Shown one piece after another: positions 38,537 to 49,053 of a DNA stretch of 64,000 nucleotides; position 1 is the stretch's first letter; every line of letters begins with the position of its first letter. Under the pieces are notes generated by a model that was given only the letters and a program-made list of their open reading frames with translations, was not told the DNA's origin and did not search any database. This stretch comes from Nitrospiria bacterium (GTDB taxonomy: Bacteria > Nitrospirota > Nitrospiria > JACQBZ01): positions 4,215-68,214 of the forward strand of contig DATIYJ010000044.1 in assembly GCA_035517655.1 (NCBI GenBank). The letters run 5' to 3'. The translations under genes and the position numbers were made by a program.

Positions 38537-39175
38537 ATGGCCAAGGGTCCCAAATATCTCGTCATCGAAGGACCGATCGGGGTCGGGAAAACCAGTCTGG
38601 CCAAACTCCTGGCCCGCGAACTGGGCGGACGGCTCGTCCTGGAGCGCGCGGAAGACAATCCGTTTCTGAATGAATTTTACAAAGACCCCAAGCGCCTCGC
38701 GTTCCAGACCCAAATCTTCTTTCTCCTCTCGCGTTACCGCCAACTCCAGGAATTGTCCCAGATGGATCTGTTCGATCGGGCGACGATCACCGATTATTTT
38801 TTCCCGAAAGACCGAATCTTCGCCTCGATCAATCTGGAGGCCAGCGAACGGGCCCTCTACGACCAGCTCTATTTTCTTCTGAATCCTTCGATCCCGACCC
38901 CGGACCTGGTTGTCTACCTCCAGGCCGGCCCTGAGGTCTTGATGGACCGCGTCCGTCACCGCGGCCTGGACTATGAAAAACCACTGACCCTCGACTACCT
39001 CGAGGCCCTGAACCAGGCCTACAATGAGTTTTTTTTCAACTATACCGACTCCCCGCTTCTCGTCGTCCAGACCTCCGAGATCGATTTTGTGAACCGACGC
39101 GCCGATCTCGACGATCTTCTTCACCAGATCAAACAGATGAAAAAAGGCATTCAGTACTACGTGCCGAAAAAGTAA
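38537..39175 (+). CDS. Deoxynucleoside kinase
   Basis: P-loop IEGPIGVGKTSLAKLL. dNK-family ERS/DRF regions. Confidence 0.8.
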   Translation: MAKGPKYLVIEGPIGVGKTSLAKLLARELGGRLVLERAEDNPFLNEFYKDPKRLAFQTQIFFLLSRYRQLQELSQMDLFDRATITDYFFPKDRIFASINLEASERALYDQLYFLLNPSIPTPDLVVYLQAGPEVLMDRVRHRGLDYEKPLTLDYLEALNQAYNEFFFNYTDSPLLVVQTSEIDFVNRRADLDDLLHQIKQMKKGIQYYVPKK

Positions 39176-39202
39176 ATCCAAACCTCGCACCCGTTCGGAC
39201 TC

Positions 39203-40051
39203 ATGATGAAGATGGTTAAGAGCATCCGCCAAATGCGGAAGTGGGCCGAAGGACAACGGCGGCGCGGGGCGACGATCGGTTTCGTTCCGACCATGGGGGC
39301 GCTGCACGAAGGACATCTGTCCCTGATGCGGACGGCGCGAAAACGCTGCGATGCGGTCGTTGTGAGCATTTTCGTCAACCCCGCCCAGTTCGGGCCGAAC
39401 GAAGATTACACCCGGTACCCCAGAGACCCCCGAGGGGATTCCGCCCTCTGCCGAAGCGAGAAGGTTGACGTCCTTTTTATGCCGACGGCCGGGGCCATTT
39501 ATCCCGAAGGCCACAAAACCCAGATCCTCGTGGGACGGATCGGCGAGGTCTTGGAGGGCACCTTCCGACCGGGCCACTTCTCCGGGGTCGCGACGGTGGT
39601 CGACAAGCTTTTCCAGATCGTCCATCCGGATGTCGCTTTCTTCGGACAGAAAGACTATCAGCAGACCGTCGTGATCAAACAGATGGCGCGGGATTTGAAT
39701 CTTCCGGTGAAGATCGTCGTTTGTCCGACCGTGCGCGAGCCGGACGGCCTTGCGATGAGCTCCCGCAACCGATATCTCTCGGCCGTGGAACGCAACGCTT
39801 CCCGGGCCCTGTTTAAAGCGTTAAAAAAGGGCAGGGAACGGATTCAGCAGGGCGAGCGCGAAGCGGCCGCGGTCCGGGACGCGATGGTCGCGTCGATCCA
39901 AGAACAACCGCTGGCCCGGATCGACTACGCGGCGATTGCGGATCCCGTCACGCTGAGAGAGGTTGCCCGGATTGAAGGACCGGTCGTTTTACTGCTGGCC
40001 GTCTGGATCGGCGGGACCCGCCTGATTGATAATCTGCGGGTCAGGTCCTGA
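39203..40051 (+). CDS. panC: Pantoate--beta-alanine ligase
   Basis: GFVPTMGALHEGHLSLM HIGH-type motif. Confidence 0.9.
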   Translation: MMKMVKSIRQMRKWAEGQRRRGATIGFVPTMGALHEGHLSLMRTARKRCDAVVVSIFVNPAQFGPNEDYTRYPRDPRGDSALCRSEKVDVLFMPTAGAIYPEGHKTQILVGRIGEVLEGTFRPGHFSGVATVVDKLFQIVHPDVAFFGQKDYQQTVVIKQMARDLNLPVKIVVCPTVREPDGLAMSSRNRYLSAVERNASRALFKALKKGRERIQQGEREAAAVRDAMVASIQEQPLARIDYAAIADPVTLREVARIEGPVVLLLAVWIGGTRLIDNLRVRS

Positions 40052-40063
40052 TCATGGGATAAC

Positions 40064-43006
40064 TCAATCGGCCGAAGCGAAACCGCGTCGCAGCGTGTTT
40101 TCGCTCACGACCTTCGGCATCATGAATTGAAGCAGATAATCCGGCCCGCCCGCCTTGGATCCCACCCCCGAAAGGCGATATCCTCCGAACGGTTGACGGC
40201 CGACCAGAGCCCCTGTGATTTCCCGATTGATATAGAGATTGCCCGCGGTCATCTCCCGCCCCACGCGCTCGATCGCGGCCGGGCTGCGCGAGTACAGTCC
40301 GCCGGTCAGGGCGTAGTCCGTGGCATTGGCGATCCGGATCGCCTCGTCCAGGTTCTTTGCGCGCAGGACGACCACGATCGGTCCGAACAGTTCTTCCTGC
40401 GCGATCCGGCATTCCGGCGAAAGATCCGCGATCACGGCGGGTCCGACGTAGAAACCTTCCGGGGGAACGTCCGTGACGTGAAGGATCAGCCGTCCTTCCT
40501 TGGCGCCGTCCTCGACCGCCGTTCGAAGCCGCCGTTGCGCCGCGGCCTCGATGACCGGACCCAGTTCGGTGGCCGGATCGTCCGGCGGACCGATGCGGAG
40601 TGATTTCAGGGCCCCGGCAAGCCGATGAAGAAATACGTCATAGACCGATTCCAAAACGATCACGCGCGAACAGGCCGAGCATTTCTGGCCTTGATATCCG
40701 ACCGCGGAATGCACCACCCCCGGTACGGCGAGATCGAGATCGGCCGTTTCGTCGACAATGATCGCGTTCTTTCCTCCCATCTCGGCCACAACCCGTTTCA
40801 CATGGCGCTGGCCGGAGGACAGCCGGGCCGCCCGCTCGATGATCTCAAGCCCCACCTTTCGGGAACCGGTAAAGGTGATGAAACCGACCGCGGGATGACG
40901 AACGAGATGGTCCCCCACGATCTCACCCCGTCCGGGCAGATACGCCAAGAGCCCGTCCGGAAGACCGGCCTCCGAAAACGCCCGGACCAGGTGATATCCC
41001 ATGACGGGAGACAGCTCCGAGGGCTTGAACAAAACGGCGTTGCCGGCCGCCAGGGCGGCCGAGACCATGCCGGCCGGAATCGCCAGCGGGAAGTTCCAGG
41101 GCGCAATGACAACGCCGATCCCGATCGGAACATAGGAGTAGAGATTCCGCTCTCCGGGATAATTCCCGAGCCGTCGTGGAAGCCCCAGACGCTCGATCTC
41201 ATCGGCATAGTAGCCAAGGAAATCGATCGCCTCGGTCACGTCCCGATCGGCTTCCCGCCACGTCTTGCCGACCTCGAACACCTCCCAGGCCGAAAGCTCC
41301 GTCCGGCGGTTCCGCAGACTCTCGGCGGCCCGCCGCAAAACCCCGGCCCGCTCGCCGGCCGGTCGTTGGGCCCATTCCATTGCCGCGGCTTCGGCCGCGG
41401 CGACCGCCCGGTCGGCTTCCCTCGTCCCGGCCGATGCGGATCTTCCCACCACTTCGGACGGCCGCGCCGGATTGACCGATGCCATCCAGTCGTCGGTCCG
41501 AACCGGTTCGCCGCCGATTAAAAGCGGATAGTCCCGCCCAAGCTGTGTACGCACGGACGCGATCGCCTCGGAGAACGCGGAACGGACCTGGCCGACCCGG
41601 AAGTCCAGCGGCGGCTCGTTTTGAAATCCCCCGATCTCCGGCTCACGGACGGGCGCGGCGTCCGGTGCGGCCAGCATGGATGCGTGTGATTTTTCTTCGA
41701 CGAAATAGCTCCGAAGAAAAGATTCGTTCGCCGTGTTCTCGAGCAGGCGGCGGACCAAATAGGCCATTCCGGTGATCAACTCCCCTACGGGCGTATAGAT
41801 CCGGACCCGGAAACCCATCCCCGTCAGCGCCTCCTGGAGCGGACCGCCCATCCCGAACAGCATCTGGATCTCGTAGTCCCGATCCGGAATCTCACGGCCG
41901 CGGCCCGCCGCGACGACATAAGCGAGGCTCCGGATGTTGTGCGTAGCGAACGCGGCGCGGACGGTGTCGGACGATGAGAGCAATCGGTTCGCGAGACGTT
42001 CGTAGTTGGCATCCGTTTCGCCTTTGGCAAGATAGACCGGCGCCGGCCAGCCGTTTTGTCGGTGGACCACCGTCTCATAGTCCCAGTACGCGCCGCGGAC
42101 GAGGCGGACGGTAACCCCTCGGCGATGCTGCGAAGCCCAAGCCAGGATCCGTTCAAGATCCTCGGCCGAATCACGCAGATAGGCCTGGACCACGATCCCC
42201 GCGTCCCGGTATCCCGTAAGCTCCGGACGGTTCATCGCACGCAAGAAAGTCTCCAGGATAAGATTTTTGAAAGCGTAATGTTCCATGTCAAGGTGAATGT
42301 GCACACCCAACTCGCGAGCCCGCACCAGCAAGCGAACAAGACGTCCCGTTAGGATTGAAAGGCTCCCTTCCCAGTCCAGGGGGTCCATTTGAGAATAGAG
42401 GGATGAAAGCTTGGCGGCGAGGCTGGCACGTGGAATCGGGCCGAAACGGTCAACGGACGCGGCCGGTTCCGAATCGTCGGTCACAAGGCGGGAGAGCCGT
42501 TCGATCGCGTTCAAGTAGAGACGAAGATACGTCTCGGACTCTTCCTCACTGACCGCCACCTCCCCCAGCATCGAGACCGACCAGGCGGCACCCGATCGTT
42601 CCATCTTTCTCAGTTCAGTACGGGCCGCTTCAAGATCGCGGCCGGCGATAAAAGATCGGGCGATGATCTCGACATTGGAATGGATCGCCGCCGCGGCCAG
42701 CGGAACGGTGGGCGAACCCGGAATCAAGGTCTTCATTCCCCAGGAAAGAAGCGGGGGAGTACCGATCTCGGGACGATCGAAATACTCCCGGAAGATGCGG
42801 ACGACATCCCCGGAGGATTTCAGGTTGGGCAGCACATCGATAAATCGGAAGAAGGCCACTTTGAACGCTTCGTTCTCCATACACCAACGGAGAACCCGGC
42901 CCTGCCACCATTCCTTCTCAAAAAGCGTATGACGCCCCCGTTGCATGCGGGTCAGAATTTCCCGCCCGATTCGCTGGGTTTCGCGTTCGATTTCGGATGC
43001 GTCCAT
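40064..43006 (-). CDS. putA: Bifunctional proline dehydrogenase / 1-pyrroline-5-carboxylate dehydrogenase (PutA, no DNA-binding domain)
   Basis: 980 aa. N-terminal PRODH TIM barrel, C-terminal ALDH domain with catalytic Cys (GQKCSACSR). Confidence 0.9.
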   Translation of the reverse strand: MDASEIERETQRIGREILTRMQRGRHTLFEKEWWQGRVLRWCMENEAFKVAFFRFIDVLPNLKSSGDVVRIFREYFDRPEIGTPPLLSWGMKTLIPGSPTVPLAAAAIHSNVEIIARSFIAGRDLEAARTELRKMERSGAAWSVSMLGEVAVSEEESETYLRLYLNAIERLSRLVTDDSEPAASVDRFGPIPRASLAAKLSSLYSQMDPLDWEGSLSILTGRLVRLLVRARELGVHIHLDMEHYAFKNLILETFLRAMNRPELTGYRDAGIVVQAYLRDSAEDLERILAWASQHRRGVTVRLVRGAYWDYETVVHRQNGWPAPVYLAKGETDANYERLANRLLSSSDTVRAAFATHNIRSLAYVVAAGRGREIPDRDYEIQMLFGMGGPLQEALTGMGFRVRIYTPVGELITGMAYLVRRLLENTANESFLRSYFVEEKSHASMLAAPDAAPVREPEIGGFQNEPPLDFRVGQVRSAFSEAIASVRTQLGRDYPLLIGGEPVRTDDWMASVNPARPSEVVGRSASAGTREADRAVAAAEAAAMEWAQRPAGERAGVLRRAAESLRNRRTELSAWEVFEVGKTWREADRDVTEAIDFLGYYADEIERLGLPRRLGNYPGERNLYSYVPIGIGVVIAPWNFPLAIPAGMVSAALAAGNAVLFKPSELSPVMGYHLVRAFSEAGLPDGLLAYLPGRGEIVGDHLVRHPAVGFITFTGSRKVGLEIIERAARLSSGQRHVKRVVAEMGGKNAIIVDETADLDLAVPGVVHSAVGYQGQKCSACSRVIVLESVYDVFLHRLAGALKSLRIGPPDDPATELGPVIEAAAQRRLRTAVEDGAKEGRLILHVTDVPPEGFYVGPAVIADLSPECRIAQEELFGPIVVVLRAKNLDEAIRIANATDYALTGGLYSRSPAAIERVGREMTAGNLYINREITGALVGRQPFGGYRLSGVGSKAGGPDYLLQFMMPKVVSENTLRRGFASAD

Positions 43007-43110
43007 AGATTCATTATAGCCGATTTGAGACGACTGGCTCTATCGCCTCGCGAGGAGTCGGGAAAAAGGTTCATCCTTTGAAAAACAGGGAAGCGTGCCG
43101 CGCAACGCGA

Positions 43111-45063
43111 TCAGGCCGGCTTCGCCTTGGGAAAACCGGGGGGCGGGACATCGCCGACGGGATTCCGGCAGTAGGGACAGATAATCCATTCCGGCTGAAG
43201 GGGTTTGCCGCAGGCATGACAGTGATGAGTAACCAGGTGGGCGCAGTACGGGCAAACCTGAAAGTCGATGTGAATGGACTGTCCGCATTTCGTGCAGAAG
43301 GTTTGAAGGTCCTCCCGGACCTCAATCACCCGCAGCAGTTCCTCGATCGTCGTGACGCCCTCTTTGACTTTGTTCAGACCGTCCTCGCCCAACGATGTCA
43401 TCTTCGAAGCCAGGGCCGTGGACCGGATGTCCTGTTCGGCCGCATCGGCCACGACCAGTTCTCGTATCCGCGGGGTCATTTCCAACACCTCATACAGTCC
43501 GGTCCGTCCCTGATAACCGATGTAATTGCAGTAGGTGCAACCCTTGCCGTAGTAGAAAGATACGTTCTTCACCGAATCCAGCGGGATCTTCAAGCTCACC
43601 AGACTCTCGAGGGGAGGAGAAATAACCGTTTTACACCGGGGGCAGACGCTTCGCACCAAACGCTGCGCGATCACGCCCATCACCAGCGAGCCCACCAGAT
43701 AGCGCGGAACGCCGAGGTCGATCAATCGCGTAATCGTGGAAGGCGCATCGTTAGTATGAACCGTCGAAAGCACGAGGTGTCCGGTCATCGCCGCCCGGAA
43801 GGCGATCTCGGCCGTTTCCAAATCCCGGATCTCGCCGATCAGAATCACATTCGGATCCTGCCGGAGGATCGACCGGAGACAGTGGGCAAAAGTAAGGCCG
43901 ATGTCCGCGTTGATCTGAACCTGGTTGACGTTCTCCAGATTATACTCGATGGGATCCTCCACGGTCACAATGTTCGTCACTTCATCCCGCATGGCATGGA
44001 TCATGGAGTACAACGTCGTCGTCTTCCCGCTTCCGGTCGGGCCGGTGACCAGAATGATCCCTTGCTTACGCCGCATCAACGAGCGAACCAGCGACAAATT
44101 CTGGGACGATACCCCCAACGTATCCAGCGAAACCACCAGCCGTCCCTGATCCAATACGCGGATGACCATCTTTTCCCCGTACTGGGTCGGGAGGGTGGAA
44201 AGCCGGAGGTCGATTTCCCGGTTGTCCGACTTCACGCGCACCGAACCGTCCTGAGGTAACCGCCGCTCGGCGATATCCAGCCGGCCTAAAATTTTCATTC
44301 GAGAGATCAGCGCTCCATGGATCCACTTCGGCAACCGAAGGTCTTCCTTGAGCAAACCGTCGATCCGATACCGTACACGGAAGTCGCGCGAGGCGGGTTC
44401 GATGTGGATATCGCTGGCCCGCTGACGAATAGCCTTGGTCATAATCAAATTGGCCAGGCGGATCACCGGCGCGAGCCGGCTTCGTTCTTCCAGAGATTGA
44501 GCATCCGTCACCGCGTGGCTGATTTCCGGAATGATCTGCAAAACGGATTCATCGTACTGCTGGGCCGTTTCCTGAACGATGCTGGCGACCGAAGTGTTCA
44601 AGTTATAATACCGCTCGATCGCCTCCAGGATATCTTTCCGCGTTGCGATGGCCGGCTGGACCCGGAACCCGCTGGCAAAACCGATGTCCCGCAGGCATTC
44701 ATAGTCAAGGGGATCGACCACCGCCACGGTCAACGTCTTATTTTCTAATGAAACGGGGATGGCGCACTGCTTCTTGGCCAGAGTTTCCGGAATCGCCATG
44801 ACCACGTCGGGCTCCAGCGCGGTCTCGCTGAGGTTCATGAAGGAATAGCCTAATTGGGTGGAAAGTGTCTGCGCCAGCGCATCCTCCGAAATGATGCGCA
44901 GCGTTATGAGCGTCTCCCCCAGTTTCTTCCCCAACCGCTTCTGCTCGGCCAAGGCCCGCTGGAGTTGATCATGGGTGATCAGGCCGGCGTTGAACAGAAA
45001 ATCACCCAGCCGCTTTTTGTTTTTGTACTCCGCGCCTTGATTCTGGGGTTCGTTCTCGGCCAT
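43111..45063 (-). CDS. GspE/PilB-family secretion ATPase with C-terminal double zinc-ribbon extension
   Basis: GSPII_E N-domain. Walker A LILVTGPTGSGKTTTL. Internal tetracysteine motif. An extra C-terminal CxxC x4 (CTKCGQ...CPYC...CHAC...CPYC). Confidence 0.8.
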   Translation of the reverse strand: MAENEPQNQGAEYKNKKRLGDFLFNAGLITHDQLQRALAEQKRLGKKLGETLITLRIISEDALAQTLSTQLGYSFMNLSETALEPDVVMAIPETLAKKQCAIPVSLENKTLTVAVVDPLDYECLRDIGFASGFRVQPAIATRKDILEAIERYYNLNTSVASIVQETAQQYDESVLQIIPEISHAVTDAQSLEERSRLAPVIRLANLIMTKAIRQRASDIHIEPASRDFRVRYRIDGLLKEDLRLPKWIHGALISRMKILGRLDIAERRLPQDGSVRVKSDNREIDLRLSTLPTQYGEKMVIRVLDQGRLVVSLDTLGVSSQNLSLVRSLMRRKQGIILVTGPTGSGKTTTLYSMIHAMRDEVTNIVTVEDPIEYNLENVNQVQINADIGLTFAHCLRSILRQDPNVILIGEIRDLETAEIAFRAAMTGHLVLSTVHTNDAPSTITRLIDLGVPRYLVGSLVMGVIAQRLVRSVCPRCKTVISPPLESLVSLKIPLDSVKNVSFYYGKGCTYCNYIGYQGRTGLYEVLEMTPRIRELVVADAAEQDIRSTALASKMTSLGEDGLNKVKEGVTTIEELLRVIEVREDLQTFCTKCGQSIHIDFQVCPYCAHLVTHHCHACGKPLQPEWIICPYCRNPVGDVPPPGFPKAKPA

Positions 45064-45097
45064 GGACCGCCTTTATGCAAATACCCAAGATTATTTG

Positions 45098-45126
45098 ACT
45101 ATAGAAAACGACCCGGTTTTTGTCAA
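45098..45126 (-). promoter_or_regulatory. Candidate promoter TTGACA-N17-TATAGT for the PilB-like ATPase gene, overlapping the comEC stop
   Basis: -35 at 45121-45126, -10 at 45098-45103, 35 nt upstream of the ATG at 45063. Confidence 0.4.
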
Positions 45127-47669
45127 GACGGACCGGACCAGTAAGCATGGAAGATTTTTGCGAAATTTGACGCTTCGGCGGTTGTCATTCCTCGTCCCCA
45201 CGACACCGGCTGAAGAACGCCGTCCTGAAACGTTATAACTTTTCTACGATTCCCGTCCATCTCAATCATGACCGCTCCGTCACGATCGGTACGATAAACT
45301 TTCGTCTTCAGCGCGCGGTAAGCGGACAACGTCTCGACGGAGGGATGTCGATAAGGATTATTTTCACCGACGGAAATCACCGCGATGTCCGGCGTCAGTT
45401 CGGCCAAAAAGTCGGGATCGATCGAGGTGCGGCTGCCGTGGTGCGGAACCTTGAGGACCGTGGCTTTCAGGAGCGTTCCCCAACGCAGGAGCTCTCGCTC
45501 CGCCGGCCGTTCAATGTCTCCGGTAAACAGGATCGCCTCCCGGCCGTACTCGAGGCGGATGACAAGGGATTGATCGTTCTCGGGCCCGTTTGAATCGGCG
45601 ATTTTGGGGTGGAGCGGCACGACCCGCACGGGACCCTGAAGCAACGGGGACCCATCGCCCGTAATCCGCCGTTCCGGAATCGCTCTGGCCTGTACAATTT
45701 CACGAAAACGGTCATAAAAGACCGCATCTTTTTCCAACCCGTTGGTCCAGAGCTCACCAATTCGAAATTTTCTTGCCATGTAGGCTAACCCGCCCATGTG
45801 ATCCAGTTGAGGATGGCTTGCGACCAGACGATCGATCCGCCAGTGACCGGTATTCCACAGATAAGGCGCAACGGCCAATCGTCCAAGATCATAATTCCCG
45901 TACCGGCCGCCGCCGTCGATCAGCATGGTCTTCCCGTCCGGCATTTCAATCCAGGCCGCATCCCCCTGCCCGACATCGAGAAAGGTCACGCGCAGCCGCC
46001 CATCCGAATGAAATTCCAGCAACCTCACGATCCAGACCGTCGTGATCAAAACGCATAAACCGGTCGCGGTCCACCTCCAGGCGCGATTCGCCCGACAGAC
46101 AAGCACGACGACACCGGCGAGGTAGATCACGACCAGAACCAAGACGGGAGGTGACGGAACATGCACCTCGGACGCCGGGAACCGGGCAAACCATTGGACC
46201 ATAGAATAAAGTAGGTCCGCCAATGCCTCATTCAACCCGGATAAGGGCAACGTCGTTCGGTCAAAAAGGATCGCCCCAACCGAACAGGCCAAGCCCAGCG
46301 GAACGGTCACCATTCCGACAAAGGGGACCACGATCAAATTTGAAAAGAAACCAACCCAGCTGACCTGATTAAAATAGAACGCCGTCAACGGCAATGTGGC
46401 CGACTCGGCCACGAGCGTCATCCAAAGATAGACTTGAATCATCTTAAGCCACCGCCCCATCCAGGACGTCTCCCTACCCGGTTCCCGCGCCGCTTCGTCG
46501 CCGACTTCACGAAACGGGATTTCGTCCGCGGCGGCCAACACCATTGCCAGAACCGCGATGTAAGAAAGTTGAAAAGAGATCGAGAAGATCGCCTGGGGAT
46601 CCCACAAAACGCTAAGCAGGGCCGCCACGGCCAATGCGTTCAACGGATCGTCCGCCCGTTGAAACCAAACGGCCGCGAGATAGATGAGGATCATGATGAG
46701 GGAACGAACCGTTGCAACCTGGGCGCCGGCGAGCAGCGCATAGAAAACGACCGGGAAAAACGTGATCAGGACGCTGAGACGGGTGACGGTCAAGCGCCGG
46801 CTGGACGATAATAGCCACCGGGCGGGCATTCGCGTTAGGATTCGGCCGGACAGACGAAACACAACCATCGCCACCAAGGCCAGATGGGAACCTGAAATCG
46901 AGAGGAGATGGGTCGTGCCAGAAATCATGAAGGCCTCGCGGATCTCGGGATTAAGAGATCCGGTTTCACCGATCAGCATCGCCTGTAGAATGGACGACGC
47001 GACCGGAGAAAGAGATCCGTCCAAAACGTTCCGGATCCGCTCCCTCCATGCATAGATCCGGCGCAACGGCACAAATCCGCCGCTGGCCAACCGCGTGATC
47101 TGCTCGGACCGATGAATCCCGGCCGAAGCCCGGATCCCTTCCCGTTGCAGATAGGCTGAATAGTCAAACGTCCCTGGATTGCGCAGTCCCGAAATCGGAC
47201 GAAGCCGGAGTTCGGCCGAAACCCGGTCACCGTACTGAAAATCCGGGACAAAATCTCGAACGGTGAGCCGTACTATTCCGCTGGCCGGATATGTGCTGCC
47301 TCTTTGGATCACCGAACGGGCCTTGAGAAAAAGAAGGGTGCTCTCCGGCCCATGCTGAAGAGGCTCTTCGATCACGCCGATGAGCGTTACCGGGTCTCGG
47401 CCGGCGAATCGGCTCAGATCACGGGCGGGATCGACCCGCTCGGCGATTTGGATTCGAGCCGCCCCCAAAAAAACCATGGCGGCAGCCAGCACAAATGGAA
47501 TGACCTTCCCGTGCCGGCCATCGAATACATAACCCAATCCCAAGGCAACGGCTGTACAACCGGTCGCGGTCAACGGGTAAAAGGTCAAGGCCTCACCGAG
47601 CACAAGGCCGATCAAATAGCAGATGACGATTCCCACCAAGGGTCTTGGCATTGGACCGCTTCCTCTCAC
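45123..47669 (-). CDS. comEC: DNA internalisation competence protein ComEC/Rec2 (with MBL domain)
   Basis: Polytopic competence domain plus C-terminal metallo-beta-lactamase (HPQLDHMGG...VPHHGS). 848 aa. Confidence 0.85.
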   Translation of the reverse strand: MRGSGPMPRPLVGIVICYLIGLVLGEALTFYPLTATGCTAVALGLGYVFDGRHGKVIPFVLAAAMVFLGAARIQIAERVDPARDLSRFAGRDPVTLIGVIEEPLQHGPESTLLFLKARSVIQRGSTYPASGIVRLTVRDFVPDFQYGDRVSAELRLRPISGLRNPGTFDYSAYLQREGIRASAGIHRSEQITRLASGGFVPLRRIYAWRERIRNVLDGSLSPVASSILQAMLIGETGSLNPEIREAFMISGTTHLLSISGSHLALVAMVVFRLSGRILTRMPARWLLSSSRRLTVTRLSVLITFFPVVFYALLAGAQVATVRSLIMILIYLAAVWFQRADDPLNALAVAALLSVLWDPQAIFSISFQLSYIAVLAMVLAAADEIPFREVGDEAAREPGRETSWMGRWLKMIQVYLWMTLVAESATLPLTAFYFNQVSWVGFFSNLIVVPFVGMVTVPLGLACSVGAILFDRTTLPLSGLNEALADLLYSMVQWFARFPASEVHVPSPPVLVLVVIYLAGVVVLVCRANRAWRWTATGLCVLITTVWIVRLLEFHSDGRLRVTFLDVGQGDAAWIEMPDGKTMLIDGGGRYGNYDLGRLAVAPYLWNTGHWRIDRLVASHPQLDHMGGLAYMARKFRIGELWTNGLEKDAVFYDRFREIVQARAIPERRITGDGSPLLQGPVRVVPLHPKIADSNGPENDQSLVIRLEYGREAILFTGDIERPAERELLRWGTLLKATVLKVPHHGSRTSIDPDFLAELTPDIAVISVGENNPYRHPSVETLSAYRALKTKVYRTDRDGAVMIEMDGNRRKVITFQDGVLQPVSWGRGMTTAEASNFAKIFHAYWSGPS

Positions 47670-47899
47670 GGCAACGGAAGAGCAAGGATTATGCCAATGA
47701 CTTTACAGCGGGACCGTGCATGGTGTTGCGCACGACACGGTTATCATTAGATGAGGAAGCAATACAGACCGTGGGCCTGTTCACGCGTTCAGGATGAAGA
47801 CCCCAAACAGACCCGGCGTTCACATTCCGAGGGAGAGGATGCTGGAGTAGGCATGAAAAGAGAAACGGGGGTGGACGAAATCAAAAAAACATGGGATCT

Positions 47900-48355
47900 T
47901 TACACGGTATGCTCTCCGGAGTCTTTCGGTTCCAACTTTTCAAGCCAGGCGTCAAGGTTTTCGCCCCCCCTTTGCTTGAAGACTTCCTCCGCAACGTAAA
48001 GCGGCACATGGGTTCGGAGCGCCAGGGCGATGGCATCGCTGGGACGGGCATCGATGCTCAGCAGACGTCCGTGCGACTCGACATAGACCAACGCATAGTA
48101 CGTATTGTTTTTGATCTCCGTAATGATCACCTTCTGGACCCGAAGACCGAGATGATCCAGAATGTTCTTGAGCAAATCATGCGTCATCGGGCGGGTCGGC
48201 AGGACCCCGTCCAAGGCAAACTTGATCGCGCTCCCCTCCACGACCCCGACCCAGATGGGCAAGACCTCCTTATTGTTATCCGCCCGCAGCAGCACAACCT
48301 GGGTTTCGGTTTTTGGATCGGTCAGCACGCTCTGAACGTTTAGCTTAATGTCCAT
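47900..48355 (-). CDS. DUF151 bifunctional nuclease (BFN) family protein, paralog 1
   Basis: EVLPIWVGVVEG...RPMTHDLLKNIL...DARPSDAIALALR conserved core. Confidence 0.75.
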   Translation of the reverse strand: MDIKLNVQSVLTDPKTETQVVLLRADNNKEVLPIWVGVVEGSAIKFALDGVLPTRPMTHDLLKNILDHLGLRVQKVIITEIKNNTYYALVYVESHGRLLSIDARPSDAIALALRTHVPLYVAEEVFKQRGGENLDAWLEKLEPKDSGEHTV

Positions 48356-48375
48356 CGAAATCCGCCGCCTCTTCG

Positions 48376-48996
48376 TTAAAATGGAAGTCGCTCAATCAAA
48401 CCGTCGCTCGCAATCGCCATCGTCTTCTCAAAACTGGAAGGAACCCATGGGAAAATCAATACGACATAACCACGACTTTCACCAACGCCTTCCCAAAGGA
48501 TCTCACCTTTTTCGGCATCCCAAACGCGGCCGGTCAACTTGACCTCGGTCGCCCCTTCGTCCATTTCGAGTTTTTGCAACTCGGTCAAGAGCAGGAATCG
48601 GGTTCCAACCGCCTTCCCGATCCGCTGGAGCGGCTCCTGACGGGGAGGTTGTTCGACGGAATATCCTTTCACCAGATCTTCATACACCGATCCGAGATCG
48701 GCCTCTCGAATCCGCTTAAGGCTTTCATGAGGATCAATCCATGGCTGGCCACCGCGACGCCGCTGAAAGCTCTCCAGAAAGATCGCGTCCGCCGTGGAAA
48801 GGTAATCGCGGACCGAATGCCGGCCAAAAAGTGGAAGAATCCCCAGGGCTTGTTGTTCAAATAACTTCGATGGAAGACCGACCTTGCGATAGGATTCCTT
48901 CGAAAGATCATCGATCGTGGCGCAACCCAGAACCAGCCCACCCATCAAGCAGGCCAAAAGCCCCGACCAGATCCAGATACGATTGAAAGGAATCAT
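48376..48996 (-). CDS. Hypothetical lipoprotein between the two BFN paralogs
   Basis: Signal peptide with lipobox LVLGC. No recognised domain. Confidence 0.5.
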   Translation of the reverse strand: MIPFNRIWIWSGLLACLMGGLVLGCATIDDLSKESYRKVGLPSKLFEQQALGILPLFGRHSVRDYLSTADAIFLESFQRRRGGQPWIDPHESLKRIREADLGSVYEDLVKGYSVEQPPRQEPLQRIGKAVGTRFLLLTELQKLEMDEGATEVKLTGRVWDAEKGEILWEGVGESRGYVVLIFPWVPSSFEKTMAIASDGLIERLPF

Positions 48997-49053
48997 CCCG
49001 TTTGCTCACGCATCCGAGACCCCGCCCGCCGTACGCTGCGGCTCCTCTCCTGT

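Noticed and set aside
38483-39625. 380-aa ORF on the - strand
   Set aside because: Antisense to the dNK and panC genes.
43078-44259. 393-aa ORF on the + strand
   Set aside because: Antisense to the PilB-like ATPase gene.
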